Assembly: GCA_003427395.1 (NCBI GenBank)
Contig: BFEA01000024.1
Coordinates: 919,277-983,276, forward strand
Direction of reading: 5' to 3'
Source: Chara braunii
Lineage: Eukaryota > Plantae > Charophyceae
DNA length: 64,000 nt
Shown: in pieces, positions 13,325-25,399 of the stretch
Numbering within the stretch: position 1 is the first letter of the stretch
Layout of the letters: the number at the start of each line of letters is the position of its first letter
Notes under the pieces: generated by a model
What the model saw: only the letters and a program-made list of their open reading frames with translations
What the model was told of the DNA's origin: nothing
The model's database searches: none
Position numbers and translations under genes: made by a program

Positions 13325-15069
13325 AATAGTCCAAACTCACAACAAAATGATGGCACCCCCCCAGCTCCCTACTGGTCGGCCCTGATTCGGATATGGAGAG
13401 GCATCATGACAGAAAACAGTTAAAAAACCCAAATCCAAAGAAGAGGTGATGTGACAGCCCCTCTTCGGGAATCAGTGCATAAGAGATGCGGGGGACCTAC
13501 CTCTTTCCTTATCTAATGGTCAGTGGTGGCTATCGTGGATCAAGCACGGAATCTGGAGGGTGGGACACATCTGGGATGAAGAGAAGAAAGATTGGATTGA
13601 CGAGGACCAACTGAGACAACACCTAAAAGGATGCCACAACAGAGACCAGAACCTAACAACTGTTGTGAACAGCATCCCTGATGGATGGAAAGAACTCCTG
13701 AAGGAGGACTTCACATGGAAAGCAGGGGAGTGGGGAGTCTGAATTAAGGAGGTCATACCAGAAAAAGCATACCAATTCTACCGTAGACCTTCAGGCACAG
13801 ACCTTTTGGGAGTCTTCACCTCCTTCCCTATTGACCGCTCCAATCCCAAAGCTCTCACTATCAACAACATCTGATTCAATCCACAAGAGATAACCATCAA
13901 CTCGTACACACTCCGGAAAGTGAGGGTACTGGGGATATGGCCAAAGACAATCTTCCAAGTCGAATTGACATCCATCCACAAGAGATAACCCTCAACTCAT
14001 ACACACTCTGGAAAGTGAGGGTACTGGGGATATGGCCAAAGACAATCTTCCAAGTCGAAACGGCAATCCAAAACTTAGAATTCGACCCAGAAGAATGGGC
14101 CTGGCTCTCAGGCAGTAACAGATTCTGTAAAAAAAACATATTGACTACACAGCACTCAGTTAAAATGGGCTACAGAATGCTACTAAAAATGAAGGACCCC
14201 GAGCCGGTCATCAAGGGGAGATGGGAAAAACTTTTAGGACAGAGAATGGAACCAATCCCCGCAGGTCCCTGGGGAAAGTAAAAACAATTCGCCCAATCAA
14301 GATCAGAAGTCTCCAATGGCTGACTACTTACAATGCACTCCCAGTGAACGCCTGGCTACACATTCGTAGAAAAAAACAGTGAACCAAATAGTTCGGAACA
14401 ATATGTAGCATGCCCTGACAACGTACAGGAGGACCTAATACATTGCCTAGTTAACTATCAACTGGCTACTGACCTATGGGCGAGAGCCTCAGCACTCTGG
14501 GATCACCTGTTCCCTTCTTCTCTACCTGAATACCCCATCCAGTTACTCCTGTGGACTAACCTCCCCTATCAATTCAACAAGTCTGAGCGCATCTGGTGCG
14601 CGAAAAGTGATGCTATGGGTCATATGGAAGGAGAGGTGCAGCCGGACCATTGACAACTCCAGCTTGCCGTCGGAACAAGTGTGGGCATCAACGAAACTCT
14701 TCATGGAGACTGACATCCGGTGCCAGTGGAAGAAAGTCGAGCTTCAAATTCAGCAGGACCTGGACAAGCAACAAGAAACGATAGCTAAGTTCAGGAGGGT
14801 GTGGCTGGTCCAGGGAAAGAGCGCAGAAATTCAAGCCTTACAAACAGATGGAAAGACTGGCACAATTCGGCTACCCCCCAAGGAACGAGGGGCTCCCTTC
14901 AGAATGGACAACAAAATCTCAGGGCTACGCGAGACCCCCTGGGAACCGCTCAGTGAGCCGCTGTCTGTTGTTTTCCACACCTATGCGGGGCTCCAGAGGC
15001 ATAAGAGGCGGATCAGGATCCAATCAGCAGTTTATCTCCGTCTTCCTTGCTTTATTTGTAGTATCTGGC

Positions 15070-15070
<1 letters not shown>
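13294..15070 (+). mobile_element. L1/Tx1-type LINE 3' fragment (late ORF2 incl. zf-RVT region), decayed
   Basis: QPLFGN..W..GIWRVGHIWD, IRPIKIRSLQWL..ALPVNAWL and WVIWKERC match the long LINE and the 31556-32060 fragment. Internal 95-bp tandem duplication at 13879-14059. A poly(T) tract precedes it at 13294-13320. Confidence 0.8.
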
Positions 15071-15103
<33 letters not shown>

Positions 15104-15838
15104 TACCTGATCGGATGCTAGGTGTGCTGATAAGAGCAGGCACAACTAGCACCGTCGGGGAGGCTCCATCTATTGATGGGGAGCTGCACCTGCTGGAAAT
15201 CGGGTCCAGCGTCCCATTGGATACATCCTTCTTTTTTATGCTTTTTAGTCGTCACCTGCTGGAAAACGGGTCCAGCGTCCCTGTAACCATTCCAATGATA
15301 TATCACATGCCACCTGCGCATTCTACTGTAGTCCTCAGTAATTGATGAACCAGCACTGTGGCATGCACAAGACAGATTGTTGTGCAGCATTTGATTGCCG
15401 TATTGCCCAACCTTCGCAGGCCTAAGCGAGAGTTGCCCCAGCTGGAACTTGGTCCAACTCCGTAACCCGAGAAATTCCAGTTAACCCCTGTTACACTGCG
15501 AAATTTTGCAGGCCCTACTGTTGGTCCCCCCGTCTGAGTATCATACCACCCTCTCCAGCTGACGTTGTTCTGTAGGTTGCCTAAAGTGCCCCCTTGTCCA
15601 GGCTTGTCGTTGTATCTGTAGGGATGATGGAGGGCGCCTTCGGTCCTTCCAGTCGTCCGAAGACTCTTTGTCTGACGTCTGATACTGTGACCATCTCCCG
15701 AAGCCGGGGTGCTATGATGTACGGGGTCGAGATGGAGTCACACAGACAGCGGCGGGGGGGGATGGGAGTAGGGGGCTGGAAAAAAGGGATAGGAAGGTTT
15801 GAACCAGTGTCCGGCGGGGGGTGACAAAGGGGTAGGAC

Positions 15839-18800
15839 TCAGTTATTAATTAGCGCAAAATTCGTCGGGAGATAGGGGACCTCAAAACAGGCAAAGGGCC
15901 TTCTTTGCCAAGAAGCTTCTGCGGCCCTCCATGGCTTCCACCTGATGTCCAGTCTGTCAGTTAAGTCAGAGAATTTGTTGTGTGGATCTTGCCACAGCTG
16001 ACGGTAAACTGAAATAATCGTCGCCCTGGCTGTGTGGTCCTTTTCCTCAAAACTCGCCTGTTTCATTTCTTTCCATGCTCCCTGCGTTCTGGTTCTGATC
16101 TCTTCTTCGATTGCCTGTTGGGCTTGTTGCAGGCCAAATTGGTGGTCTTTCCTTTCGAAGGCGCACCTTGCTCGCCACGTGAGCATCAGAACCTGGAGCC
16201 GCATATAACTGAAAAGATTGACTGCGTAGGGAGACCATTGGGCCATCAGCTGCTGGTTTTTCCCCAGGAGGATTAGTCCCAGGTCCCACGGTATGTGGTG
16301 ATCAGTGAGCGAGTGAAACGCGGCGTCCCACCATTGCCATATTTGGGTGGCCATAGGACATGCCAGCAGGCAGTGTTCCAGTGTCGCCCTTGCCGACGGC
16401 GTCGCTCCGCCACAGTAAGAGCAAATGGGGGACAGCAACCCTTTCTGTTCCAGGTTCGTCCTGGATACCAACCAATCGGGGGTGGGGAGACAGTGGTGCA
16501 GAATCTGCCATTGGAGAGATCTGAGGTTAGTTGGCATGAATTTTGGGTAGGTTTTCCACGACAGATTCTGCACCAATTGTGCATTCAGCGGTGAGTCCCG
16601 TTCCCATCTTCGGGGCAGAATTTGGTTAAGGGGTAATTCCGGGCACGAGGCTCAGTAGGCCCCTTTAACCGAGTACTCCCAGAAGCTCATGGGCTCATGG
16701 CCTGGCCATTCCCATTCGTCCGGGTCGAATTGGAGCCTTGCCACCGGCGTGGTTGGCTCGTACACATTGAATCCTTTTTCAGTGTCCCCCACCACCCTTA
16801 CTTGCATAAGCCCTCCCCATCCCTCAGTGACGTCCAGATCTTCAGCTCTGACAATTTTAGAGAACCTGGCATCCGGGAGCTGGGGCTGGTAGGCCTCCAA
16901 TGAGCATCTGCCTGCATTCGTATTGAGGACTCTATATATGACCCGAGAGCGGACACGGTCAGCAAAGTTAACCACCCAGTCATTTCGTTGGACTGAGGGA
17001 TCTCTTTTGAGGGCAAGATGCCAGGAGAGCGGGATAGCCTCCGTCAACTGACTAGCTTTGACCCCCACCGACTTAGCATATTTTAGTTTGTGCTGCAGCT
17101 GGTCCGCAGTGACCCAATCACCTTTGGCCGGGTCCCATAGGTCTCCGACAGTGAAAATCCCTTTCTCGGCCCAAGTGAGCCAGGATGAATTAGCATTGAG
17201 GGTAAAGGGGCTACCTACACTGTCGAGGATGTACGGGTTGCCAAATAGTGGCTGCCTCCATACATTGTGCCATCTGTTTGGTGGCTGCTTCATCTTTGGG
17301 CCTCGTTTCCTCCAAAGTTTGAGCATGTTGGGCCACATGGGGTCAAGAAGGATATCCTGTCTAGTGGCCTGCACATGAGTGTTGGCATGTATCCGTTGTG
17401 GGGGGGCGGGGATCGACCAGCATGAGTTGGTGAGCCATCTGAACGGGTGCACCCAGTGTGGAGCAGCAGTTTGTGGGGCCAGATTGGATATTTGCATACA
17501 AGCTAGGGGCCCCCACGGGATATCGTTGCCCATAAGGAGCCTAACAAGGACTTTGAAGATTAAGGCCTTGCTTTCCCTTTTCGGGTCCAATATCCCCAGT
17601 CCCCCTGCATTTCGTGGGAGGGTGAGAATATCCCATCCGACTCTGCTCAAGCAATTTGGAGGGTTCGCACTATTCTTCCACAGGTAGGTTGTGAGTGTTT
17701 TTTTCAGTTTGGTGTATTGCTGGGGTTTTAGTGGCCACATTGCCAATTTATACCAGATGGCTGCCAGGACTGCGTTGTTGATTGCAAGGGCCCGGCCTAC
17801 CAAAGATGTGTGCAGTCCGTCCCATCTGGCCAGGCGATCGACCACCGTGTTGACCAATGTGTCCCCATGGTCCAGTGGGGGCCCAACGGCCGTGAGTCTC
17901 ACCCCCAATATCCTTATAGCCTCTTGCCGGGCGGCCCATGCTACATTCGGTTCGAGGGGGGGGGGCTGACCTTGGGGGTGCAACCACCATCCTTGTGTTT
18001 TAGACCCCCAATTTACTTTCATGTCTGCCGCCAGCGAGAAGAGGTGTATTACTTGAGTCACAACATGCAGGCTGGTTGCATCCGCGCGAATGAGCACTGT
18101 AAGGTCGTCTACGAACAGTGATGTGACTGGGATGAGATGCTCCGGAAGCTCAGGTATTGGTATTTTGCTTATGTCTGGATGTGTTCTAATGAGAGAGGCC
18201 AAAGCCTCCATGATAATGACGAAGAGCAAAGGCACTATAGGATCCCCTTGCCTGACGGATCTTTGGAGGTAGATCGGAGGTGACAGATGTCCGTTTAGCA
18301 TGATGTTGGTGGAGGCAGTCCTATGGAGGAGTTGTACCCAACGGCAAAAGATCGGTCCAAAGTTCATTTTGTTCAAACACATATCCAGAAAGTCCCAGTC
18401 GACGTGGTCATAGGCTTTTTCGAAGTCGATGAACAATATCGCAGCTTGGAGCTTGTGCTGTCGGGCATATTTGATAGTCTCATTCACCAAAAGGATGTTA
18501 TCCTGAATATTTTGATTGGGCATAAAGCCCGATTGATCCGGGTGAATCAACATGTTCATCATTGGCAGCAGTGCATAAGTGAGAGCCTTAGAGACCATCT
18601 TGTAGGGGACCGGGAGGAGAGTGATCGGTCTATAGTTTCTGATATCTTCCTTGTCCCCCTTTTTGTAAAGAAGCGTGGTTACTCCTTGCCCTATCATACC
18701 CCCAAATGACCCCTCCCTCTGTACGGCTTTAACATAGTCCATCAGGTCATTACTGAGGAGATCCCCGAATTGAACCCAGAACTCTTTGGGGAAAGAGTCT

Positions 18801-20484
18801 ATCCCTGGGGTCTTTTCATTCTCCATTCCCTGCAAGGCTTCCCATATTTCTTGAGACGACAAGGGTTTATCTAGCTGTTCCTTCTGCACAGGGTTGAGAC
18901 GTGAGTGGATAGCATGGAGAAGTGATTCCCTTGCATGCAAGACGTCCTGCGGGTGTTTTTGGGGAGTTTGGGAGGTAAAGAGGTGCCGGTAGTATTGGGA
19001 GGCATAGTCCGTTATGGCATAGGCATTAGAGGCTGTCGGGGCGTTTCCAATCAACGGGTGTTTCAACCTTGGAACTATTGTTGCTCTAGACCTGGCCTTT
19101 GCTTTGTTGAAGAATGTTCTAGCCATCGTACCATCTGTGTGCTCCTTCTTGATTCTAGGTTGAACTCTCCAAGTCTGGGCTTGTTGTTCGAGGTAATCTT
19201 GGAGGTGGTCTCGAGCTTGTTGCATGCGTTCAAAGGTCGGGCGATGCAGCAGGTCCTCCATAAGCTGCTCGTCCCATGTTTCCAATTCACGCATAAGGTT
19301 ATCGAGTACCTCCCTCTGGCCTCTGGCATGTTGGATGGATAATTTTTTTGCCCTATCCCTAAGTTGAGCTATACCTTCATTAAACCAATCCACCCTGGCT
19401 TCAGACTGTGGTTTACGGGTTTGCCAATATTGCCAAAACTCATTCACCATGTCTTTGAATCGTTGCAGGGGTAGCAAGGATGAGTTAAACTTGTAAAACC
19501 CCGACCCTCTTTGTACATGGTCATGGAAGGAGAGGCCCAACATTATCATCCTGTGGTCAAAAGATCTGCAAGGACTGGCTGTCGCAATCTCAGTTGTGGT
19601 AACCAGTCCAAACAAGTCCTTTGACACTAGTGTGAGATCAATCCTTGAGTTGGAGAGACCACAGTCCCCTTTAGCCGAAAAGCAGGTATAGGCTCTTTGA
19701 GTTGGGTGCAGCAACCTATAGGCATCTTCCAGTTGTTTATCTGACATAAGCTGGTGGAGGATAAGGGCATCCGGGCTCAGGGTGGGTAACGAGGAGTCCA
19801 CAGTTGTTTGTGACGAGGATCTCCTATCCAGTGCTGGGTCCAGTGTTGTATTAAAGTCGCCTACCATAATGACGGGGGCGTCTGCCGGAAGGCGGTGCAT
19901 CAATGTGAGCCACAGATCCAGCCTGTCACATGGATTATTGGGTGCATATATGTTGACCAGGTAAAATTCCTCTTCTTCATATGTCACCTTGAGGCACGCC
20001 CATCTCCCATGATGACGATCAGAATCGAAGGAGGATGCCTTAAGCCTCGAGTGAGGCGAAATCCAAATTGCCACTCCCGCCGATGCCCTTTGTGTTGCCG
20101 GCGTTGCGTAGATCGTGTGTGGTCAGATCTGTTTTGCTTTTGTTGTGTGCGGTGGGGTATCTTGTAAGTATCTTGTAAATGAGTTTCTTGGACACACACA
20201 ACGTCCGACCATCTACCTGTGATCTAGCATTTGAGAAGATTCCAGATAGCATCTTTCTTTTCTGCGGATGCTTGGATGAGCCCATTGACATTAAGTGATC
20301 GGATATCCAAATCTGCTTGGGCCAACTTCTTCGCCCACTGTGGCGGCTTTCTAATGGGGGGGATCACCAGCGGGGAGGGGGGACGACAAGGTGGTTGGGC
20401 AGGTTGGTGAGGGTCACCCTGAGCGTCGCTGATGCGGCCTGTCAACGGATTGGTAGATAGGATTTGCGGATGTCGATCCATCAT
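15839..20484 (-). pseudogene. LINE ORF2 (APE endonuclease - reverse transcriptase - zf-RVT), few disruptions
   Basis: SLNVNG, CVQETH, NIYAPN, VGDFN, SRIDL, SFDH (endonuclease); KTPGIDS, NYRPITLL, DFEKAYD, RQGDP, LFVDDL (RT); GGLGI; C-terminal CSYC..LEHCLLACP. 1140 aa remain open at 20074-16652. Confidence 0.92.
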
Positions 20485-20519
20485 TGTGCTCAGTTTATAA
20501 CCTTGTTGTCACTATGTTT

Positions 20520-21428
20520 TCAGCCCAGCGTCTTGAGGGGGAGCACAACTGCTGGATCGTCCCAGTGGTTGTGCTCATCCAGCACATTGTCCTCCAGCAG
20601 GATCTGCATGAATATAAGGACCTTGCTGAGGGTCCACGCAAAGTTTGTTCTAAACCGTCCCGTAGAGAGGTCCATAAGTTGGCAATGGGTGAACCATTTG
20701 AAGCCGGTCCTGGAGTTGAGTGTTCTCGAGTTTGGATCGATCAGCAGAATCACCGAAATTACCCCTTTCGGGAACGACAGGGTCTGAGGAAGCACAACAC
20801 CGCGTGCCCCCTCTGTACCAGTTTCCTCAATCCAATATTTGAGCCTCTTTTGGATGACCGCCGTAGATGGCCTACCCCTCCACCCTTCGACAGTGAGGCC
20901 GCTCGGCCTTGTTTTGGTTTCCGGTTGTCTGTCCTGTTGAGGCGGCCTGAGCCCCAGCTCCCATTCGTTTCTGTCGCTTACCCGGGTCAGTGGAATAATG
21001 ATCACTCCAGATGGCATTGCGTTTGGCACCGACCCGTCCTCTTCCAACCTCACCAAATGCCTGAGTTTCCGGGGGGGGGCATGCGCAGGCGAGTCGTCAT
21101 CAGCAGCTTCATCATCATCATGGATGATCTGGTTGTTACGGCTTTGACGGTGGACAGGCTGCAGAGGTGTAATTTCCGTGGAGTCTTGGCTTTGGGAGGG
21201 GGGGGGGGGAAGAGGAAGGGGTTGTGATTGTTCCCCCTGCGGACTGAAGTGTTCTATTGTGAGAGGTGTTTGAGCCCTACTTAGGCCCTGAATTGTGCGG
21301 CTTAGCAGCCACGCGACATTATTGTAGGTAGAATAGGTCTTAACTTTAGCGTTCCCATATCCGCACATCCCTGCGGCTTCGACAAAAGCAAAGCATTGCC
21401 ATTCACATCCGTTACTCCCGGACGCCAC
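20520..21428 (-). CDS. Probable C-terminal part of LINE ORF1, domain not recognised
   Basis: 302-aa ORF ending 36 nt before the ORF2 start on the same strand; a Pro/Ser-rich linker is followed by ~170 aa of globular-looking sequence. Confidence 0.5.
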   Translation of the reverse strand: MASGSNGCEWQCFAFVEAAGMCGYGNAKVKTYSTYNNVAWLLSRTIQGLSRAQTPLTIEHFSPQGEQSQPLPLPPPPSQSQDSTEITPLQPVHRQSRNNQIIHDDDEAADDDSPAHAPPRKLRHLVRLEEDGSVPNAMPSGVIIIPLTRVSDRNEWELGLRPPQQDRQPETKTRPSGLTVEGWRGRPSTAVIQKRLKYWIEETGTEGARGVVLPQTLSFPKGVISVILLIDPNSRTLNSRTGFKWFTHCQLMDLSTGRFRTNFAWTLSKVLIFMQILLEDNVLDEHNHWDDPAVVLPLKTLG

Positions 21429-21904
21429 ACGCGTCCGGACTAAAGTCCAAAAACTTTTAGTCTCTCAGTCATAGGTCAGGTCTGAATAAACTTTTGGCAA
21501 CCGTCAGTCTTATCAAGTCCTTCAATTCAATGAAAAAGTCGGACAATGTCCGACGTTCAAAATCCCCGGCCAATACCCTTATCAAGGTATTTGCCCCGAC
21601 AACGGAACGATCAGCGAGACTACCACCCGACGTGAGGGCTAAGCTACATCCCCAATGTCAACTCTCTCGCTCGATGGCCCACCCCCATCCATCTCAAAGC
21701 ACTAGGTGGGGGTGAATCGAATGGCCCGCGCCCTGAGCATGAGCGTGGGCGGGCCAAGCCAGTTGGAACCCGCAGTGGGGTCGACGGAGGCTCGAAAGTC
21801 TAACGGGGTTTGGCCCTACACCGCGCATTCCCCGATTCCCTCCTCCACCTCCAGCGACTGCGGCTCACCTCGCACCCATTGAGCCTACTCCTTCAGGAGC
21901 CCCC

Positions 21905-24005
21905 CCGCCATATATTCCTGACGTCGTCGATGATGGTACAATCGAGTCTCGTGATGGAGCGTGTCCGATTGCTTATCTCTCTCGACTGCTACTTCCCGCA
22001 GAGCGTAACTATACTGTTGACGGACGTGAGGTTCTCGCACTGGTTTACGCTGTTAAGAAGCGGCATCATCATCTACACGGTCATACCTTCACCATGCTCA
22101 CGGACAACTCTGCTCTTGCCGCCTTTCAGACAAAGCCTAAACTCACTTCTCGACAGGCTCGTTAGTGCCGTGATCTTTCTGAGTTCTACTTCACCATCAG
22201 GAAGATTTTCGGCGAGAGCAACCGTGTAGCAGATGCCTTATCCCGTCACCCTGACCTTAAGTGCGATGATCGACAACTCTCTGCTCTTTCTGTCTCTACT
22301 CCCATTATCCATCCTGCTTTCTTTGACGAGTATCGTCGTGCTTACTCCCAGTGTTCCGAGTTTCAGTCCATCTACGCTAACTTACAGGCTGGCAAGACCG
22401 TCCCTAACTTTCAGCTTGATCCCTCTGGGCTCTTGTACTGGCTTGGACTAAATCATTCTCGTACTCCTCGTTTATGTGTGCCTTCTACCGGCCAGCTCCG
22501 CGTTCGGTCAGTCGTTGAGAGTCACGATTAGCGTATCGCCGGTCATTTCGGTGTCTAAAAGACTCTTGACCGCCTCTACCGCGATTACTATTGGAGGCAC
22601 CGTCGCACCTTCGTTAAGGAGTATGTCCGTCGTGCAAGATCTGCCAAGAGGCCAATATTACCAATCATCCCCCATACGGTCTTCTTCATCCCTTACCCAT
22701 TCCTACTCGGTGTTGGACTTTTATCTCCATGGCCTTCATGGGTCCTCTTCGTCCCCCTACCCCACGAGGCCACGACGCCATCTTCGTTGTTGTGTGTCGG
22801 CTGCCTAAGCATGCTCACTTCCTCCCTTGCAAATATGTTAGCTCAGCTAAAGACATCGCCTCACTCTATTTCAACCACATTGCCATTCATCACGGTCTTC
22901 CTACTGGCATTGTCTCTGACCGTGACCCCCGCTTCACTTCCCACTTCTGGAGTGAACTCCACGAGATCTACGACTCTGAGCTATGCTTCCCCTCTTCTTA
23001 CGATCCCCAGTCAGACGGACAGACCGAGGTCACCGACAAAACTCTTGAGAATATTCTTAAGAAGTTTGTTGAGAATGACTCTGATTGGGACCTTCATCTC
23101 ACCTATGCCGAGATTGCTTATAACCATGCTATTTTACCAGCCATCGACATGTCTCCTTACTACTGTGACTGGGATATCACCCTCGTGTCCCATTTGATCT
23201 CCTTCGTCCATCTCAGATCCATCCTGACACTAAATGCCCCCCCCCTTGACGACTGGGTTAAGGAGATGGATGAGATTCTCAGCAACGCTCGCAAGAGCAT
23301 TGCTGACTCCCAGACTCGCATGGCTACTAGCGCCAACTGTTCTCGCATCGACCACCCCTTCAAAGTTGTGACGAAGTCCTTGTCGACGCATGTCACTTCC
23401 AGCCTGCGACCGACACGCTTCGGAAATTCAGACGTCGATATATCGGTCCATGCAGTATTCTTTCACCAGTCGGACCTATCATGACTGTCCGGTGAGCTTC
23501 AAATTGGAGTTCCCCGATTTCATGTAACCGACATGATGTGTTTCATGTATCTCTGTTGCGCCCCTTCAGACAGTTTCCCCCTGAGTTCCACGGTCGACCT
23601 TATCCTCGCCCCTCTCCCATCATCATTGAGGGTCACGAGGAGTTTGTTGTCTCTGATATCGCGTCCCGACGTATGATTGATGGTGACCCTCCCCGCCTCG
23701 AGTATCTCGTTCGATGGAAGGGTTACCGTGACGAAGAGTCTACTTGGGAGCCTCTCGAGCGCCTGAAGCATGCTATGACTTTCATGTGTGCTTACGATCG
23801 TGCTCATCCTTTCCCTTCATCATCCTCCCCTCCTACTTCTCGTCCTTCTACTGACACACCTACTTCAACGACCACTAACATTCCCCCTCCTTCATCGACG
23901 GGTCCTCCTGCTCCACCGGTACCTGCCTCAGGTCCCCCTTCCCCTGTGGATGGGGTTCCGCCTGTTGTTGCAGTTGATTCCTCTCGCCCTCAGCGTACCC
24001 ATTGA
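21905..24005 (+). pseudogene. Ty3/gypsy chromovirus pol 3' part (RNase H end, integrase, chromodomain)
   Basis: GLPTGIVSDRDPRFTSHFW, PQSDGQTE, AEIAYN (integrase); FHVSLLRPF; EFVVSDI..EYLVRWKGY..EESTWEP (chromodomain). Confidence 0.9.
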
Positions 24006-24088
24006 CGTCCCTTTCAATATCGTGACTGATCCCCCGATACGCTCTCTATTTTACCATTCTTGGACACTTATGCAGCAGCTCCCGGTTT

Positions 24089-24157
24089 CGACTTCTACAT
24101 TTGGCTTCTACATTCGACTTCTACATTCAACTTCTACATTCGGCTTCTACATTCGAC
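24089..24157 (+). repeat. 13-bp minisatellite (cgacttctacatt-like) x5 in the gypsy 3' region
   Basis: Directly visible repeats of cttctacatt with a 13-bp period. Confidence 0.8.
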
Positions 24158-24812
24158 CTTCGACCTCTGTGCTTCTCTTCAGTACCAGAGTACCTGTCGT
24201 AGTGTTCCGGACTTCTACTCCGTTTCTGCGCTACTTGTACTTCATCTTGGCTACTTCGACTCGACTTCAGTCTGGAGACTCATCAGCTGGACTACTTCAC
24301 TTTTTCGGCCACAAAGTTTCCATCTTTCCCATCTATTGACCATCCTCGAGTTTACCCTCCAGTCGCATGATGACCCCTGTTTTCCCTGACCATGTGGGTG
24401 TGTTCGTCTGTCGCCCTTCTGCCTTACCCTATGCTGCGCGCCCTCCTCCGGAATGTACGTTTTTCTTGGCTCGCAGCCCTTGGGCATATGTCTATGCCGA
24501 CATAGGCCCCCCTATCCTGCCAGGCTCGCTTAGAGCTCCCTTGTGTGAGTGCCCTTTTTCCTTTCAACTGTCGGTTCCCGTTTGATGGTTTCCATTGAGC
24601 CTGGTATCGTGCTGTTATTCTCCCTCTGAACCTGATGATGTTTCATACGGTTGTGTGGGTACCCCCTTGGAGTTTACTCTGAAAGCTGTACTTGCCGCCT
24701 CCCACCCATCCCTGCCTTTCCCATGCGACTGAGCTCCTTGTCTTCTATTCGACTATTGTGTACTTGTATAGGGCCAGTGAGACTGTGCCGCATTCTTTTT
24801 CCGTGTGGATAT

Positions 24813-25148
24813 TGATGTAGTTACTCTTAGCCTTTAGGGCTCAGGTGTCGACTTATGCTCTGCGACATTGGCTTAGGAGACATTTTTCTCTTTCTTGGCC
24901 GACACAGGTCAGACATTCCTCTCTTTGTTGGCTGACACAGTTCATACATTTTTCTGCTTTTTGGGGTCGACTCAGACCAGACATTGTTGTATAGATTAAG
25001 CTTGAGGCTTAGTCTGCATTGCATCTCTTTTCTGCATGGAGCTTGCTCCACATTTAGGATTGTTTCTTTGTCGTTCCTCTGGGTTTCCGCTATTTCAGCG
25101 GATAGCGTGCTGATGTATCGCTTGATCCATTTACAGGTTTGAGGATCA
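24813..25148 (+). mobile_element. Probable 3' LTR of the preceding chromovirus
   Basis: Begins TGAT and ends ATCA (terminal inverted repeat) and lies downstream of pol; the PPT is degenerate. Confidence 0.45.
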
Positions 25149-25399
25149 TGTAGCGGTACCCTTTCGGCCCGACAGTGAGGCCGGACTTGTTTCAGGCCGT
25201 GGGCCTGACCCCGGTCCGGTACCAGGACCAAGACCGGTATATCTCTCTGCCCTAGGCCCAGGCCGGGTTGGTCATTCATTCAGTGGTTCGTTCATTCAAT
25301 GGTCAGACTCGAGCTTCACTCAGCTGCTGCTTCTCTTGTGTGTCCATCTCCTCTCTCTCTCTCTCACCATCTCCGCATGTGTTCTCTGCACGTGCGTCA

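Larger units (their letters stand above)
15072..21900 (-). mobile_element. Long L1/Tx1-type LINE (5' end disrupted by a gypsy fragment)
   Basis: Poly(A) tail (T run 15072-15100), ~740-bp 3' UTR, ORF2 with endonuclease, RT and zf-RVT domains, and an upstream ORF. The 5' boundary is approximate. Confidence 0.9.

Noticed and set aside
24262-24292. Hammerhead-like CUGAUGA-GUC-UCCA-GAC on the minus strand
   Set aside because: Followed by UGAAG rather than GAAA, and no stems I/III or cleavage triplet can be formed.
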